Source: Veleropilina oligotropha (Eukaryota). From it: DNA of 64,000 bases. Below, piece by piece: positions 37,759-50,796 of the stretch (the first letter of the stretch is position 1; the number at the start of each line of letters is the position of its first letter). The stretch lies in contig JBEUKZ010000010.1 in NCBI GenBank assembly GCA_048128005.1, positions 496,001 to 560,000 on the forward strand, read 5' to 3'. The notes beneath the pieces are model-generated. The model searched no databases. It was given only the letters and a program-made list of their open reading frames with translations, and was not told the origin of the DNA. Position numbers and translations under genes: made by a program.

Positions 37759-39698
37759 ATCGCAACGAGCGCCGGGTGGTCTCGTCCAACGTGGTCATTT
37801 CCAGGCATGCGTCCCTCCGAAGAAGGAGAGCATTGCCCAGGACATGGGCCGACTCCAACGCGCAAGTCTCCATGGCGGTGGCCACCTCGTGCAGGTATGT
37901 AAGCGCGGCCTCTCTGGCACCGGGCTCATCCTGCTGTAGGACGGCAATCGCCCCATCCAAGAACGAGTCTTGGACAGACGATTGCCGCAGAGCTCGTCGG
38001 GCAGAGCTCTCGAAATGTTCCATGGCGGCCCATGGAATTTTCGCCGACGAGGGGGGTCGAACTGGACGTCAGGCGACGCATCTCTGCATCGATCCTGGCC
38101 GTGTCAGTCGCCAGGCACGGACTACTACAGGCGATCGGAGACGATCTACTGGAAGTCCGTAGGCACCTGCCCTTACGATATCCCAGGGGATAATCGGTCA
38201 GAGAGGTGGACCCCACTGCTTTAGACCCCTGAATGGTACGGGTCACCTTGTCCAAGACAAGGTCGACCAGCCCAGACTGGGGGAGAACTGAGAGCTGGGG
38301 CGCTTCAGTCTCAACAAAGCGGTGTGCCGCCGTCCTGTGCTTGGTTTGTGTTACGGAATCATCATATTCCGGCATACCAAGCACCCCACGCAACGATCGC
38401 ACAGCTTCACGTTGTCTGTGGGCGGTGGAGATGGGCTCTAGAGTGCCTGTGTGACTCGAGGAGTCATCAGGGCCGACCGATTCAGGAGGATCGACGAGAT
38501 TGGAGTCGGAGCTCTCCCCAGGAGAGTCGACGTCCATCTCAGTTTCTAGAGCCCGGCTCTGCGTCACGGGCAGAGTGGTAGGTCGTTGGGGGGTCTGCAC
38601 AGCAGCCGTATCCCAAGACCTACGCTGGGCCTCGCACTCTGCCGCGATCAATGCTCGCATGGTCTCAAGAGAGAACCCGGGAGGCATGACGGGCAGTGAT
38701 CCAACAGCCATTGGATCAGGCGAAGTCACCGTGACGTTTTGGTGGAATGCTTGCCGGGGGTTCGGGAACCGAGGTCCCTGAAGCTCCCCGTAACGGCCCG
38801 CATGGAATAACTGGCCCGAAGGCACTGTATGGCATGCAGAAGCCCCGTCGGTCAGTGGCCACTGACCGTACGGGTACACCGCTGGGCCAACCTGGTCAGG
38901 GAAATCCCTGTAGGACCGGGTCGGCGCATTCAAACCGTCCCCCCCGATGGTCGAGTGGCTAGGCCAGCTGCGAGCATGGGAGGGTCCTCCGTTGTCGACG
39001 TGAGCCCCCATGTCGAGAATGAAACCCTCTCGGGTCACCTCATCATGGGACGTCGGAACGGGCTTCGAGGAGTGTCCGGCAACGCGATCGCGATGATCGG
39101 GCACGGCAATCAAGTCCTCTTTCTCTTCCGTCTGCCTCGGTAAGCCATACTGCGCAGGGCAGCTGGGGGTACCAAGGTTTCTGGGAGAAGGATGATCGAT
39201 CCTCTGCTCCACCAGGGCTGGTGAAGAGGAAGAGGAAAGACCACCCCCAGCAGGTCGGTGGTCCGGCCGGTCTGTCTCGTGGGCCAACGAGACAAGTTGG
39301 TCGGCACTCGGTGAGCCGCTGATAGGAGGAGGAGGGACATGCACTCGGGCATTTACCTGAACCTGCGTAACCTCTTGGGTTCCGGCGACGCCCGCCCCCA
39401 GGGTCGCGGTGGAAACCAAGGATACGGCGCCGGCTGCAAGCTGCACAGCTGCGGTAGGTCCCTCTGAAGAAGAAGAAGAAGGTTTTGCAATTAGCACACT
39501 TACCTCCTTTTCCGGTTTCGGAACATCAGTCTTCTTCGGCGCCGGGTAAAGTATGTTCCATTGCCTCTCTGAAAGAACCCTACAATGTGGGCAGTCCTCA
39601 GGGCAGGATCTCTGTCGCTGTCGGCAATACACACAGAACTTATGCTTGTCAAAGCTATGGATTTTCCGGGTGCACTCGGGGTCGGCACATCTACCCAT
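37469..39698 (-). pseudogene. DIRS B gag-like ORF with N-terminal Cys/His finger; one frameshift near 38050
   Basis: MGRCADPEC...HKFCVYC...CPEDCPHC; the frame changes at the G run at 38051-38056 relative to the continuous gag of C. Confidence 0.88.
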
Positions 39699-41767
39699 AG
39701 TTGACTACACGGAAGGTGGGAACGGGAATAAAAAAATTTTTCCTGGAAGAATTTGTCAGGTAACTCCTACACTAACGGCGGTTCAACCCCCGAAAGTGTA
39801 CCTCACTCGAAGCTGAGTGAGGCTAGAAAAAGAAATAAACCGTTCCGACTGGAAAACGCGCGACTACAACCCTAACTAAGCGGGACTCGCTTAGGTAAGG
39901 TTGGCGAGAAAAAACAACAGGAACTTTGTGTTCTAAAAGAAGGTAGTGGAACCTTCTAGCAAAGTAACCGGACGGGTTGTTAGGAGGGTGAGCGAGTTAT
40001 CCCAGGTTTGGCAGATAGAACCTAATTTTGTAAATTTCCAAAAATCTGCCTTCTAGAGACCCAAGTGGTTAATTTAACCTAAGCAAGAATTAGCCTCTAG
40101 GGTATTATTAATATAATTAATATACCGTAAATACAGTAATTAAACAATATTTAGTTAATTAATGCACAGTATACAATAAGAACAGTAATGAAAGAGTTTC
40201 CTATCTGAAATTCGTTCTCTCTAGGCGTCCATGCTTGGTGTCGATTTCTCGATTAAAGATGGCTGCTTGGCGGGAAAACTGTCTTCAAATCACTGTCTTT
40301 CACCACACAAAAGTCTATTCCAATATTAAATTGGACAGGCGATCCAGCTTCTAATCACTCCATCAGTCACATTAAGTACTAATCTTCCGAAATAATTCCA
40401 GAATCCAACAGGAGATCGAAGAATTTTTGCAAGATTTTCACTCTAACATTGCTACATCTTATATAGGTGTTGTCGGTTTGAGCGGAGACACTTGAATGAG
40501 TTGATATACGCATTCTATTGGGGTCTTCTGATGCGTATTCTATTGGGAACCTGGAGAGGTGGTAGGAAGGGGAGGTAAGTTTTTAATAAGAGGTGCAAAA
40601 ATTGTCAATTTTTCAACTTCCGGTTTAGCGATAATGGGGCCATTATGGCATTAGTAAGGACGTAAGTATATTTGTAGTTAATATGAACACACATACTGTA
40701 GGTCTGTTCTGAGATAACAACAAGGATTATCAAATAAATGTCTCAGCACAGATATAGCAAACATTCCATCATTCAAAGTCGGGTGACATTTCGTTTTTTA
40801 GGAAGTTGAGAAGTTCTTTGATATAAGGACCTTTATCTTTCAAAGCAACATTCAAAGATATAACTGTCTCAACATGCCAGGTCTTACATAAATTAAGCCT
40901 TGTTTATAAATTTGACAAAAAAGAAGTAGCTCCCAATGGTCGATATAGACTAACACATGGCAAGAACAGTGATAAGGATACTAACGAGAGTCCCCACAAC
41001 ATGTGTTCTTGATAAGAGGAGGGAAGAGAGTAATCCAAAACGGAACCCTACTGGCATGGCAACATGCACCAGGCTTAGGACACAGGGGCCAAAGCTACCA
41101 AGAAGGAACTGCCCAGGGTCCATCAGAGAGGGGACAAGGCTTACCATAGCATAGTTCACCAATCAACAGCAGAGAATGGTGATTTATCGAAATAGATATT
41201 TATATCCAGGACCAAATTACAGAAATTCAATCTGAGAATGGGGCTGAGTCACAAATTTAGATGGAGGCAGTGAAAAATTGAGTGCCAATCTGGAATGCAT
41301 TACTATGCTATTACTCACATCAAGCTTGGCCTCACCAACATAAAAGATATATACCGGTAGTCATAACATATACAGTATATGTATTATGACTGAAGGAAAT
41401 TTCACAAATTCGAACTAATGCACATCATTGTAACAGCCAATGGCATAGACAATTTTTTTGGTGGGGGGATTTTAGCAGAATGATGATAGCTCCTAGTTTA
41501 AAATACAACTGTTAAACATATATATAGCAGTATTTCATATCATGTTGAGTTGTAACCAATATAAAACCATCATGAATCGATAATAGAATATTTAATGAAC
41601 TTGCTACATAGACTAGTATACATGTATGCTAGCATAGGCTTTGTGCTTTATACACACAGGTACGGAATACATGAATTTATCAATAACATAGTAAACAGGT
41701 ACTTTTACACTAATAGCCATTATGTTAAATTAAACTTCTACCCTGTACCAATTAATATTTGACTTAC

Positions 41768-41901
41768 CACACTTTCTTACTGGCCCCCTTTCTGGGTAGT
41801 GTGCTAACGTCTCCATAGTTTCGGCTGGTGTTCGTACACAGTGGCATTCTGTTGGTCACCTTAGACTCTTCGAGTTGCTTTATTCTCCGTGCTATGCTCA
41901 T
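41768..41901 (-). CDS. Possible first coding exon of an unidentified host gene (MSIARRIKQLEESKVTNRMPLCTNTSRNYGDVSTLPRKGASKKV)
   Basis: ATG-initiated 44-codon frame ending at a strong TG|GTAAGT donor, in non-repetitive sequence of exon-like composition; no homology recognised. Confidence 0.3.
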
Positions 41902-42732
41902 TTAATCAAGTATTCATGCAACATGCATGACCTTTTGAAAGCGTTCTTGGAATCCAAAAATCTGGCAGTGAAAACGGTTTCCCTCTTCCACTTTGACTGT
42001 TTGACTTTCAAAGTTCTAGTGCGCGGAAACTGTCCATGAGAAGTCTAGAAACGTTGTTGAAATAATGACACAAGTCCAGATTGTCTGGCAATAAGCCTGC
42101 GTTGCAAGCTGTCGGCCCGCATTAAATGGTATATGGCAAAGATTAGTGCGAAGTTGTCGGGAGTCAACTTAACCCACAGTCAATGGGGTCTTATTAAAGC
42201 GCTTCACAGCTGCAACCATTCACTGCATCCATCCAGTAGCTCTTCCTGCTAAAATCTAAGCCAGGTTTGTGGTGAAACGTGAGGGGGTCTCTTGGCAGCA
42301 CGCTCCCCACCCAGAGATAAGAGTAGATCAGCTGGATTTAGAATGATACCATAGTTGCTGCTCATTGAAATCTGGTAAGATAATGCAGCATCGGAAATAG
42401 ATAGTGCACGGTAAAAATAGAAGTCTACGACAGCTGGGTAAACCAAGGGTGAAGTCGGAATTCATAACAAGAGAAGTAAGACGCTAAGATCCCAAATTGT
42501 AGACATCTATATCATTCTTAAGTCGGAATAAACAGACAAATTGTAAGACATATTTATAATTTCTCAAATGTTTATTTTGTATAATGTTAGTTACAATTTA
42601 CTGCCGATGAGACTTGGTTAGATGAATGGGAACTTATAATCAGGAATGGGAACTTATAATCAGTAAACAGGCAAGAATTAAGATGCAAAATTCTGTCGCA
42701 TAAAACTGTCGTCACAATAACGATATGCATAT

Positions 42733-44783
42733 GAGGGATTATTCAGTCTCGTGCACAAAAGTGTGACATTGAAAGTAAATTTTCAAATGTATTATTTTCA
42801 GATATTTTCACTTCCTTCGTAGTGTCTAACATTCATGCTATCATGCTGCAATAGCGAGGAGATAGTTATGAGAACTTCCTTTGAGATATTTTAGGTCAAA
42901 ATGTTGAACTTCACATTGTTGCGTACGTAACGTGGTGTCCACTAACAACACATTTCTGCCTTTTAATGAGTTCCTGACAGACAAGTTGGCCTGCAATGTG
43001 TGTAAAAGTGGCTTCTATATATTATATCTGCACTGGTAACATATCAAATTTAAAATAAATAAAATAAAGTGGCATTCCAAATTGGACACCGTTATGAACA
43101 CAACACAAAAACCAAGAAGTATATTTAAATCCTTTATTGCTCATAGGAATTATTGTCATATATATACAATACCATCAACAATAGACACTGTTCGATGTTT
43201 AATATATAGATTTTTTATCAATATTAACTTGTTCGATTGTCTACATTATAATTTTGTTAATATGTTTTGTACGAACATGGACACGATAGCTGTAAATCAT
43301 TAAAATGTCAAGTTGTAGTATTATTTGACAGTGTTTTAATGACCTCCTAACAGACAAGTTGGCATGCAATGCATGTATAAGTGGCTTCTATATATTATAC
43401 CTGCACTGGTAACATATCAAATTTAAAAACAAATAAATAAATAGTGGCATTCCAAATTGGACACCGTTACGAACACAACACAAAAATCAGTAAGTATATT
43501 TAAATCCTTTATTGCTCGCAGGAATTATTGTCATTTACAATACCATCAACAATACACACTGTCCAATGTTTAATATATAGATTTTTTTTATCAATATTAA
43601 CTTGTTCAACTATAATTTTGTTAATATGTTTCGTACGAACATGGACACTATAGCTGAAAATCTCGGGTTGTAATAATATTTGACAGTGTTTTTATGAGCT
43701 CCTGACAGACAAGTTGGCATGCAATGCATGTAGAAGTGGCTTCTATATATTGTACCTGCACTGGTAACATATCAAGTTTAAAAACAAACAAATAAATAGT
43801 GACATTCCAAATTGGACACCGTTACGAACACAACGCAAAAATCTAAAAGTATATTTAAATCATTTATTGCTCACAGGAATTATTGTTATATACAATACCA
43901 TCAACAGTACACACTGTTCAATGTTAAATATATAGATTTTTTATCAATATTAACTATGTACATTATAGTTTTGTTAATATGTTTTGTACGAACATGGACA
44001 CCGTTGCGTTCGTAACTGTTGCCTACGAACATGGACACGTCATAGTTTGATTCCATAAAATGTAATTCTACTGTGCATGTGTAGTTGTCACTTGCATAGA
44101 TGCTGACTGATGTTATTATCTACAGCTGTAGTATCCAATTTTTAGAGCATGTATTTCCAAAATGTATAGTTTGCACCACGTTGTGTTCGTAACGAAGTGG
44201 ACACCATTCTTACACCAAATGTTCAGGTGATAATATCTAAATTTTGTTTCAACCTTACCATAAGTAACTCGCACAAATGTGCTTTTCATATATAAACAAT
44301 TAATTAATGACATAGTTTTAACAAATATGTTGAATTGACATTTAAATAAATCAACAATTTACCGGTCAGTAGCAAAAGACACCATGAGTTATGAACGCAA
44401 CACTTAGTTTTAACACGTATTAAAAAAATTGTATGAGACCGTCACTTGTATTCTATATATAGTAATGTATTTTCAGCTTATTTTTTAACGTTATGTTGGA
44501 AAAATAACTGTAATTTATTGTTGTATCTTTCAACAAGAGACCTGGGAAGAAACCTTGTTTATTATGTTACAAAATTGAGTGGCAAAATCTTGTCATTCCT
44601 GAGATAAATTCAAAAAAATTATACAATAAAATACGTTAAACTTAACTTTTTTATATGATTTTATATGGTTAAATAAATACAAAAGCAATGTAATAATCAT
44701 TTATATAAATTTATTATACATAAATACAGTATTACAGAATGAAATAGGATACCTTGATTTGGACCAAGACTGAATTATACCTC
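42733..44783. mobile_element. Sola2-like non-autonomous DNA transposon with ~365-bp internal tandem repeats
   Basis: GAG...CTC termini; 4-bp TSD ATAT; imperfect TIR GAGGGATTATTCAGTCT / AGACTGAATTATACCTC; three internal units at about 42965-44000. Confidence 0.65.
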
Positions 44784-45228
44784 ATATGCATATGCATATG
44801 ACACCAGCAACAAGATTGAGGTGGGTTGAACACGAAGTTCTAAATTGTTTCCATATTGGTATTAATATCAAAGTGGCAAAAATATACTGAAATCTGATTC
44901 AATTGACTTGAACAACATGATATGAATTTTAGTTTATCGTCCCGTTTAACATCGAGCATCGCATTAGGACACATCCATGTGGTGAATTCAACCGTCTACA
45001 TCGCTTATGGATAACAACGACTGATAAATTTGAAGTATCTTCGATCGAGAGTTGACCAGGTAAATTTTAAGAGGATTGAGAGCAATGCACTCTCCAGGAA
45101 GGCAGCCAAGCTTATTGTCCCTATGAACACCGCTCAGAGTCATGCTAGGCATGTCCACATTATGGCGCAAGGAATGTCTGTTCACCGCACGAAACTCTGC
45201 CAGCACCGGCAAGATATGGGCCATGATG

Positions 45229-47259
45229 CAGGGCCGTAGCAACCGGGGGGGCAGGGGGGGCTGCAGCCCCCCCAATAATTTACAGAGTAAAATTTTGAAA
45301 AAGGCTACTCTTAATATTTATTAACATTACTGGAAAAAGAGTTATTTTTATGAGACTTATGCTAAGCATCAGGCCTATCTGTAATATTTCCTGTTTTTAA
45401 GAGATTTTCAAAAACAACTTATAGCCTCTGCTATTTCGATTCCTGATAATGATATCGTCAACATGTATTTTAACTTAACACAAGAGATACCTGATTGTGA
45501 CTGGGCATCAGTTAATGCATCTACTTGTATATGACGATAGCATTTGATGTGATACCCTACTCTATGTACTCGCACCATGATCAGGGCATTAATGCGAGAA
45601 AGTAGAATGAGTCAAATTAATGCTATTTCAGACAGGGCCAATCAAAATTGAAAATAATAAAATTTCTGTGTTGTATAACAGTATTTTCTGATTGATGATA
45701 ATAAGTATATGCTTTGAGTTATAAATAAGTGGGCCGTTAAAAGATTGTTTATAGAAATATATTCTCAATGGACCTGTAACCTGTGTATAAGACAATCACA
45801 TCACGTTGAAGAAACAGTTTGGATATCAAATGATGTCATACGGCTGCATATGATCGCGTATTCTGATGTTAAAATTATTTGTTTTAAAGACCCGTACTAT
45901 ATAGGCTTATTTTATTACGATTGGTAAACTCATGGCTTCACCCAAATTGCCATCACCAACGTATGAATGATACAGTTCTAAAAGACTTTTATTAGTTATT
46001 CACCCTGGGGCGCGTTGCTTTCACAAAACCGTTTGCAACTGTTTTCCGCTACGATAAAATGATGCCCATAAAGGCCTAGGCCCAATAGTATGGTGATGAT
46101 GTGTTTCGTTCTCACTTTCGTATGTATAGATCCGTTTACTTTTAGAGGGAAATTTTCAGTTATATAAGGCTAGCAAAGCAATTGTTATTATAATATTAAA
46201 CATGTATATAAATTGCCCACGAGTTTCGTTATAGACGATCATATGTAAACATTGTGGCAGCATGGCCGAGTGGATACGGTGCTGATCTACTAAACGGGAG
46301 GTCACGGGTTCAAGCCCCGGGAGTGCCAGGGATTTTTCCAATGATCGCTGCCTCCTTTGCACACAGCACCAACACATCTCATCATTCAAAGTTGATTGAC
46401 ACGATTTATAACTGAAATACTGTTGGCGTGGTCGTTAAACATCAATTCATCCATGATCGAATACGCGACCTGACATCGTGCGTTTCGGTAATATAAAGTC
46501 CACGAAGCCGGTAGCGCGTTGTCGCTATGTCAAATGTCACGCCATATTCAACCGATGAAATTGTCAGGAGGGTTTGATGGTCAATCTTTGCCATGGTTGA
46601 TTTCGCGAATAATTATTGCTTGAAAAGTTGGCCCTAGCTATTTCGTTCATAGTTTTGTAAGCGTAATCAATACAGACATTTCATTGCGAGATTTCCGGAT
46701 ATGCAACATATTAGATAATCGTACCGAATGTTCAATCAATATCATTTGTGGCAATTGGCTAGAAAATTACTGCAGTTGAACAAGTTATTTCGTCCCTTTC
46801 GTTATCTTATCAGCGATTCGCCGTCAGAATCCCCCTCCCCCTATAGTATACTAAGATCACTTGTAAACCATATGTCCATAATATAGTGTCTGTAGAAAAT
46901 AGTATTGAACAAACGAAGTACGTAGTAAATTTATATTCCAGAGTGCAGGAAAATATGTTGGCGAGTACTAATATTATAGAATATTTTAACATTTTTAATA
47001 ATTTCTGCTCTCCAAACTAGCAATTTTGAGGCCAAAAAAAATGTCAATTTTTGTCCTAGAATGCAGGAGAACGCTTCTCAGAGCATCTAAATTATAAAAA
47101 TCTTGGGGGAGCATGCCCCCAAACCCCCCTACATATTCGCGGCCTACGGCCGCTCAATCTTCGCGGCCTTCGGCCACTCACGTACCTGGCTCGACCCTGA
47201 CGCGAAAGTTGATGGAGCGTTTCAGCCCCCCCAATATTTTTTACCTTCCTACGGCACTG
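45229..47259. mobile_element. hAT5-like non-autonomous element (5-bp TSD TGATG)
   Basis: TIR CAGGGCCGTAG / CTACGGCACTG; TGATG on both flanks; G-run and CAGCCCCCC subterminal motifs. Confidence 0.72.
46256..46455 (+). mobile_element. tRNA-derived SINE
   Basis: A box TGGCCGAGTGG and B box GGTTCAAGCCC in a tRNA-like head, followed by a body and an ATAACTGAAATACTGTTG...CGTTAAAC tail. Confidence 0.7.
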
Positions 47260-48804
47260 TGATGTACATGCATGTTAACTCGACAAAATCTGTGAGATGA
47301 TCATTCGAACCCATGCACTGAGACTTTGTGAAGCCACTACAATCAGTACCAGTGAATTTAGATCGGCAACGGTTTCTCGATGCAGCCTGCATATATATAT
47401 ATATATGATCTGACTGAGATATGAAATTAAAGACTTCACAGGAGCTAAAATAATACAGTTCTGTCTTAAATTTTCAATCTTAAAATATTACATTAATATT
47501 AAAGTCTTGACCTTATTATGTGACTATTTAGACTGTCATAGAGATCATTAAAAGTTTATTATCAGACACAATTACATCACTTTGCCCCTTAAATGTACCA
47601 TCTATGTCAGAATCAGGTGCTTAAGTTATTATAATAAGATATTTTAAAATAGGTTAATCAATAGATATATCAAGACATGCTTTCTATCGAAACATGTTGG
47701 TTGGCAACATTGTTTTACCACTTTTTGCAATATTTTGACCGTATCGTAGTCGGGACACTCATTTTGATCAGACTGACATACATTATGGATAATGCCTTCT
47801 ATTATTTTAAGCAGAACGGACCGCCGCTGGTCTCGAACCCGGGACCAATTATGTAATGCTTACTATCAGAATATATAATCAAATACCGTAACTTATCTTT
47901 CAAATGAAGCAGAAAAACATCCATGTTTAAATCTAATTAAATGCCAATATATTTCCTAAAATAAATATAAATGACTCATCCTGCACTACAACAAATAAAC
48001 TAATATATATATATATACTATTTTTGTATATTATCAACCAACTCTCATCTATAACAAAAAATGCTGCTCTATCAGACAGAATGTCGTCTTTCCTTCCTCC
48101 TTGCACTTCAAGATTGGATGACTCACACATCCTGCAAGAACCTTCCAGATTGAACCATTTAGAGAGCTCTGCCATAGAACTGGTTCAGTGCATTATCTAA
48201 TCCACAGACCAACTGGTTTCTCGCCTGACAATTCCAATAGATAGCATCACCATTCCAGTGTTGAGTTACCATGAGAAATGTTCCAACACAGTGCACTGAT
48301 ATCAGGAAGTCTTGATCAAGGCTATCATAGACATCTTGTCTGCAACATCCAGAGAGTGAAAGGGGAAGGGTGACAGTAACAGCTAGTCTTGAGCAGTTGA
48401 AAGGAAAGGACAATAAAGAAATGTAAGCATTTTTGTCACACTACCATGAGCACTTACTAATATGCGGTACCTAATCAAGTACATGAAATACAATTATCCC
48501 CCAAAATTTGCATATATATATATGAAGCTATCTGTGGGATTGGCTGGATTAATTGATGTAACATTTCATCAATTCTGATCCTCTCAGAACTATACAATAT
48601 TTATTATTTCATTTATAATATTTTTATTATAACACGTACGTTAATCAACATTTCATACAGAAAATGGAATATACTTATGCCAAAAATTATAGGGATGGAT
48701 TCGAAAAAAGCCAAATATGAATATTTGTTTGTGCATTTACCTAACATATTTATAGGAAGAGAGGGAGAAATGATGCTTAATGTCCATTATATTTACAACA
48801 TCGA

Positions 48805-49020
48805 GGTTCAAGGCAGGACATGTCCATGTTATCGCGGGAGGAAACCCCGGTCGCCCGGGTAAACCCGCCCTCTTCGGCCAGTCGCGGACAACTGTGATTC
48901 ATAACTTGAACAAATGTCAATGCCTCAGCCAGGTATTGAACCCACCACTGGTCGCATTAGCGGAATCAAACCAGTGAATTTAGAGTGGACACTATTACCC
49001 ACTGCACTGCCGAAGCGGCC
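48805..49020 (-). mobile_element. SINE (tRNA-related head at the right end)
   Basis: Minus-strand B-box-like GGTTCAATACC; body homologous to 5470-5612. Confidence 0.55.
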
Positions 49021-49979
49021 CATATTTATAGGCATGCGCAATATTACATATTTCACTTAATAATAATTCCATAGAAAGTAATTCTATAAAGCAGACTTGC
49101 TTGAGGCAATGACATATCAAATATACAACAGATGACTTCAACATAGCAGATATGCATGATGTAAACTAAGGCTTGCAACAGTGAATAGTAGGCAGACAGA
49201 CAGGCTACTCCCCGCACCAGTCACAATCTAGATCAGACTTGACTGTTTGTTACTGCAGCATAAAACAGATAAACGATAACAGTGGCAATGGCACATGAGA
49301 ATCCATTAAAGTGCTTTGACAATAGGACAATTGTTCTTGCATGGTTTTAGAGCTTGGCAAATATTCAAATGTTATCACTGAAATTTTGAACTTGTTCAGC
49401 ATATATGGTAACAAGACTATGTTGCTACATACAGCACAAAACAAATCATTATTCAACAACGAAGATATTAAATAGTATACTAAATATATTTCAGAGAAAT
49501 ATTTGGAAAAGATGTTATATGTGTGTTTGCATTAGCTTGCATAGCTATCTAGATTTAACAAGAAAATCTGGTTACTATACTGTTATGTCGTGGTAATTTA
49601 TAATTATTGAGCAAGGAAACAAGCATACCGGACTGGGTATAAATGTGGTCGGTTGTAATTACCAATTGTGGTCTGAGGGGGTAGTATTCGGTATCTGGTT
49701 GACAACAACCAAAGTTTTCAATATGTTTGTAATACGATGGAGTTGACATGCATACATCAATGATGTTTAGTCGTGAGAGCATGACTTCTCGGCCCCGTGA
49801 ACTTTCACTATAAACCCACATAATTACCTTTACATGAGATAGACAAACAGACGATTTACATTAACTAGCTCTAGACCGTGTTCTGCATGGTAAAATATTT
49901 GCTTCATGATGCTCAATCAACTTTAATATTTAGCTAACATTAGGTTGCGTTAGCTAACGTTCGCTACAATTGAACTCAC

Positions 49980-50020
49980 CCTTGCACCCAGTGAACCCAG
50001 CATGGACACTTCCCCTGGTT
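49980..50020 (-). other. Candidate 41-nt host exon
   Basis: TTCAG| acceptor and GG|GTGAGT donor on the minus strand around a short GC-richer segment. Confidence 0.25.
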
Positions 50021-50169
50021 CTGAATGAATAAGACAAACTAGAGGTATGCTCCTCATACTGGCCTGCCTTTTGTATAAAATACATCCATAGAGATTAAAT
50101 AATCAATAACCCTATAATAAATTTCATAGTAACAGTTCGAAAGTATATATTTTACAATAGTTCATAATT

Positions 50170-50795
50170 ACCTTTGACCCAGTGACCCCATCTTTGAACT
50201 TGGACAAGGCCTGATGGTACACAAGGTACATACCAAATATGAAAGATGTAGGTCTAGAGGTTCGTCTTCTATGTGACAAAAAGGAATTTTGCAAGTTCAA
50301 AACTGAAATACACGAAAATGACCTTGACCTTCGACCAACTTAGGCAAGGCCTGATGGTATACAAGATGTATACCAAATATGAAAAGGGTAGGTTCAGCGG
50401 TTCGTCTTCTATTTGACAGAAAGCAATCTTCAAGTCCAGAACGGAAAGACACGAAAATGACCTTGACCTATGACCCAGTGACCCCTACTTTGAACTTAGG
50501 CAAGGCCTGATGGTATACAAGGCGTATACCAAATATGAAACGCATAGGTCCAGCGGTTCGTTGTCAATTTGACAGAAAGCAAATCTTCAAGCCCTGAATG
50601 GAAATACACGAAAATGAACTTGACCTTTGACCGCAACTTTGAACTTATGCATATAGGTCCAGCGGTTCATCTTCAATTTGACAGAAAGCAAATCTTCAAG
50701 CCCAGAACGGAAATACACGAAAATGAACTTGACCTTTGACCCCAACTTTTAACTTAGGCAAGGCCTGATGGTATACAAGGTGTATACCAAATATA
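50170..50795. repeat. Tandem array with GACCTTGACCTTTGACC motif (related copy at 61245-61420)
   Basis: Recurrent CAAGGCCTGATGGTATACAAGG and ACACGAAAATGACCTTGACC units. Confidence 0.8.
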
Positions 50796-50796
50796 A

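Larger units (their letters stand above)
33297..40683 (-). mobile_element. DIRS1-type retrotransposon B (nearly intact)
   Basis: ITRs at about 33334-33518 and 40487-40671; ICR at 33594-33683; AATA at both ends; gag, pol and YR present. Confidence 0.97.

Noticed and set aside
35609..39143. Numerous plus-strand ORFs inside the DIRS elements
   Set aside because: They are antisense shadows of GC-rich coding sequence with no recognisable motifs.
46256..46328. Functional tRNA gene
   Set aside because: Acceptor and anticodon stems are imperfect and the sequence continues into a SINE-type body and tail.
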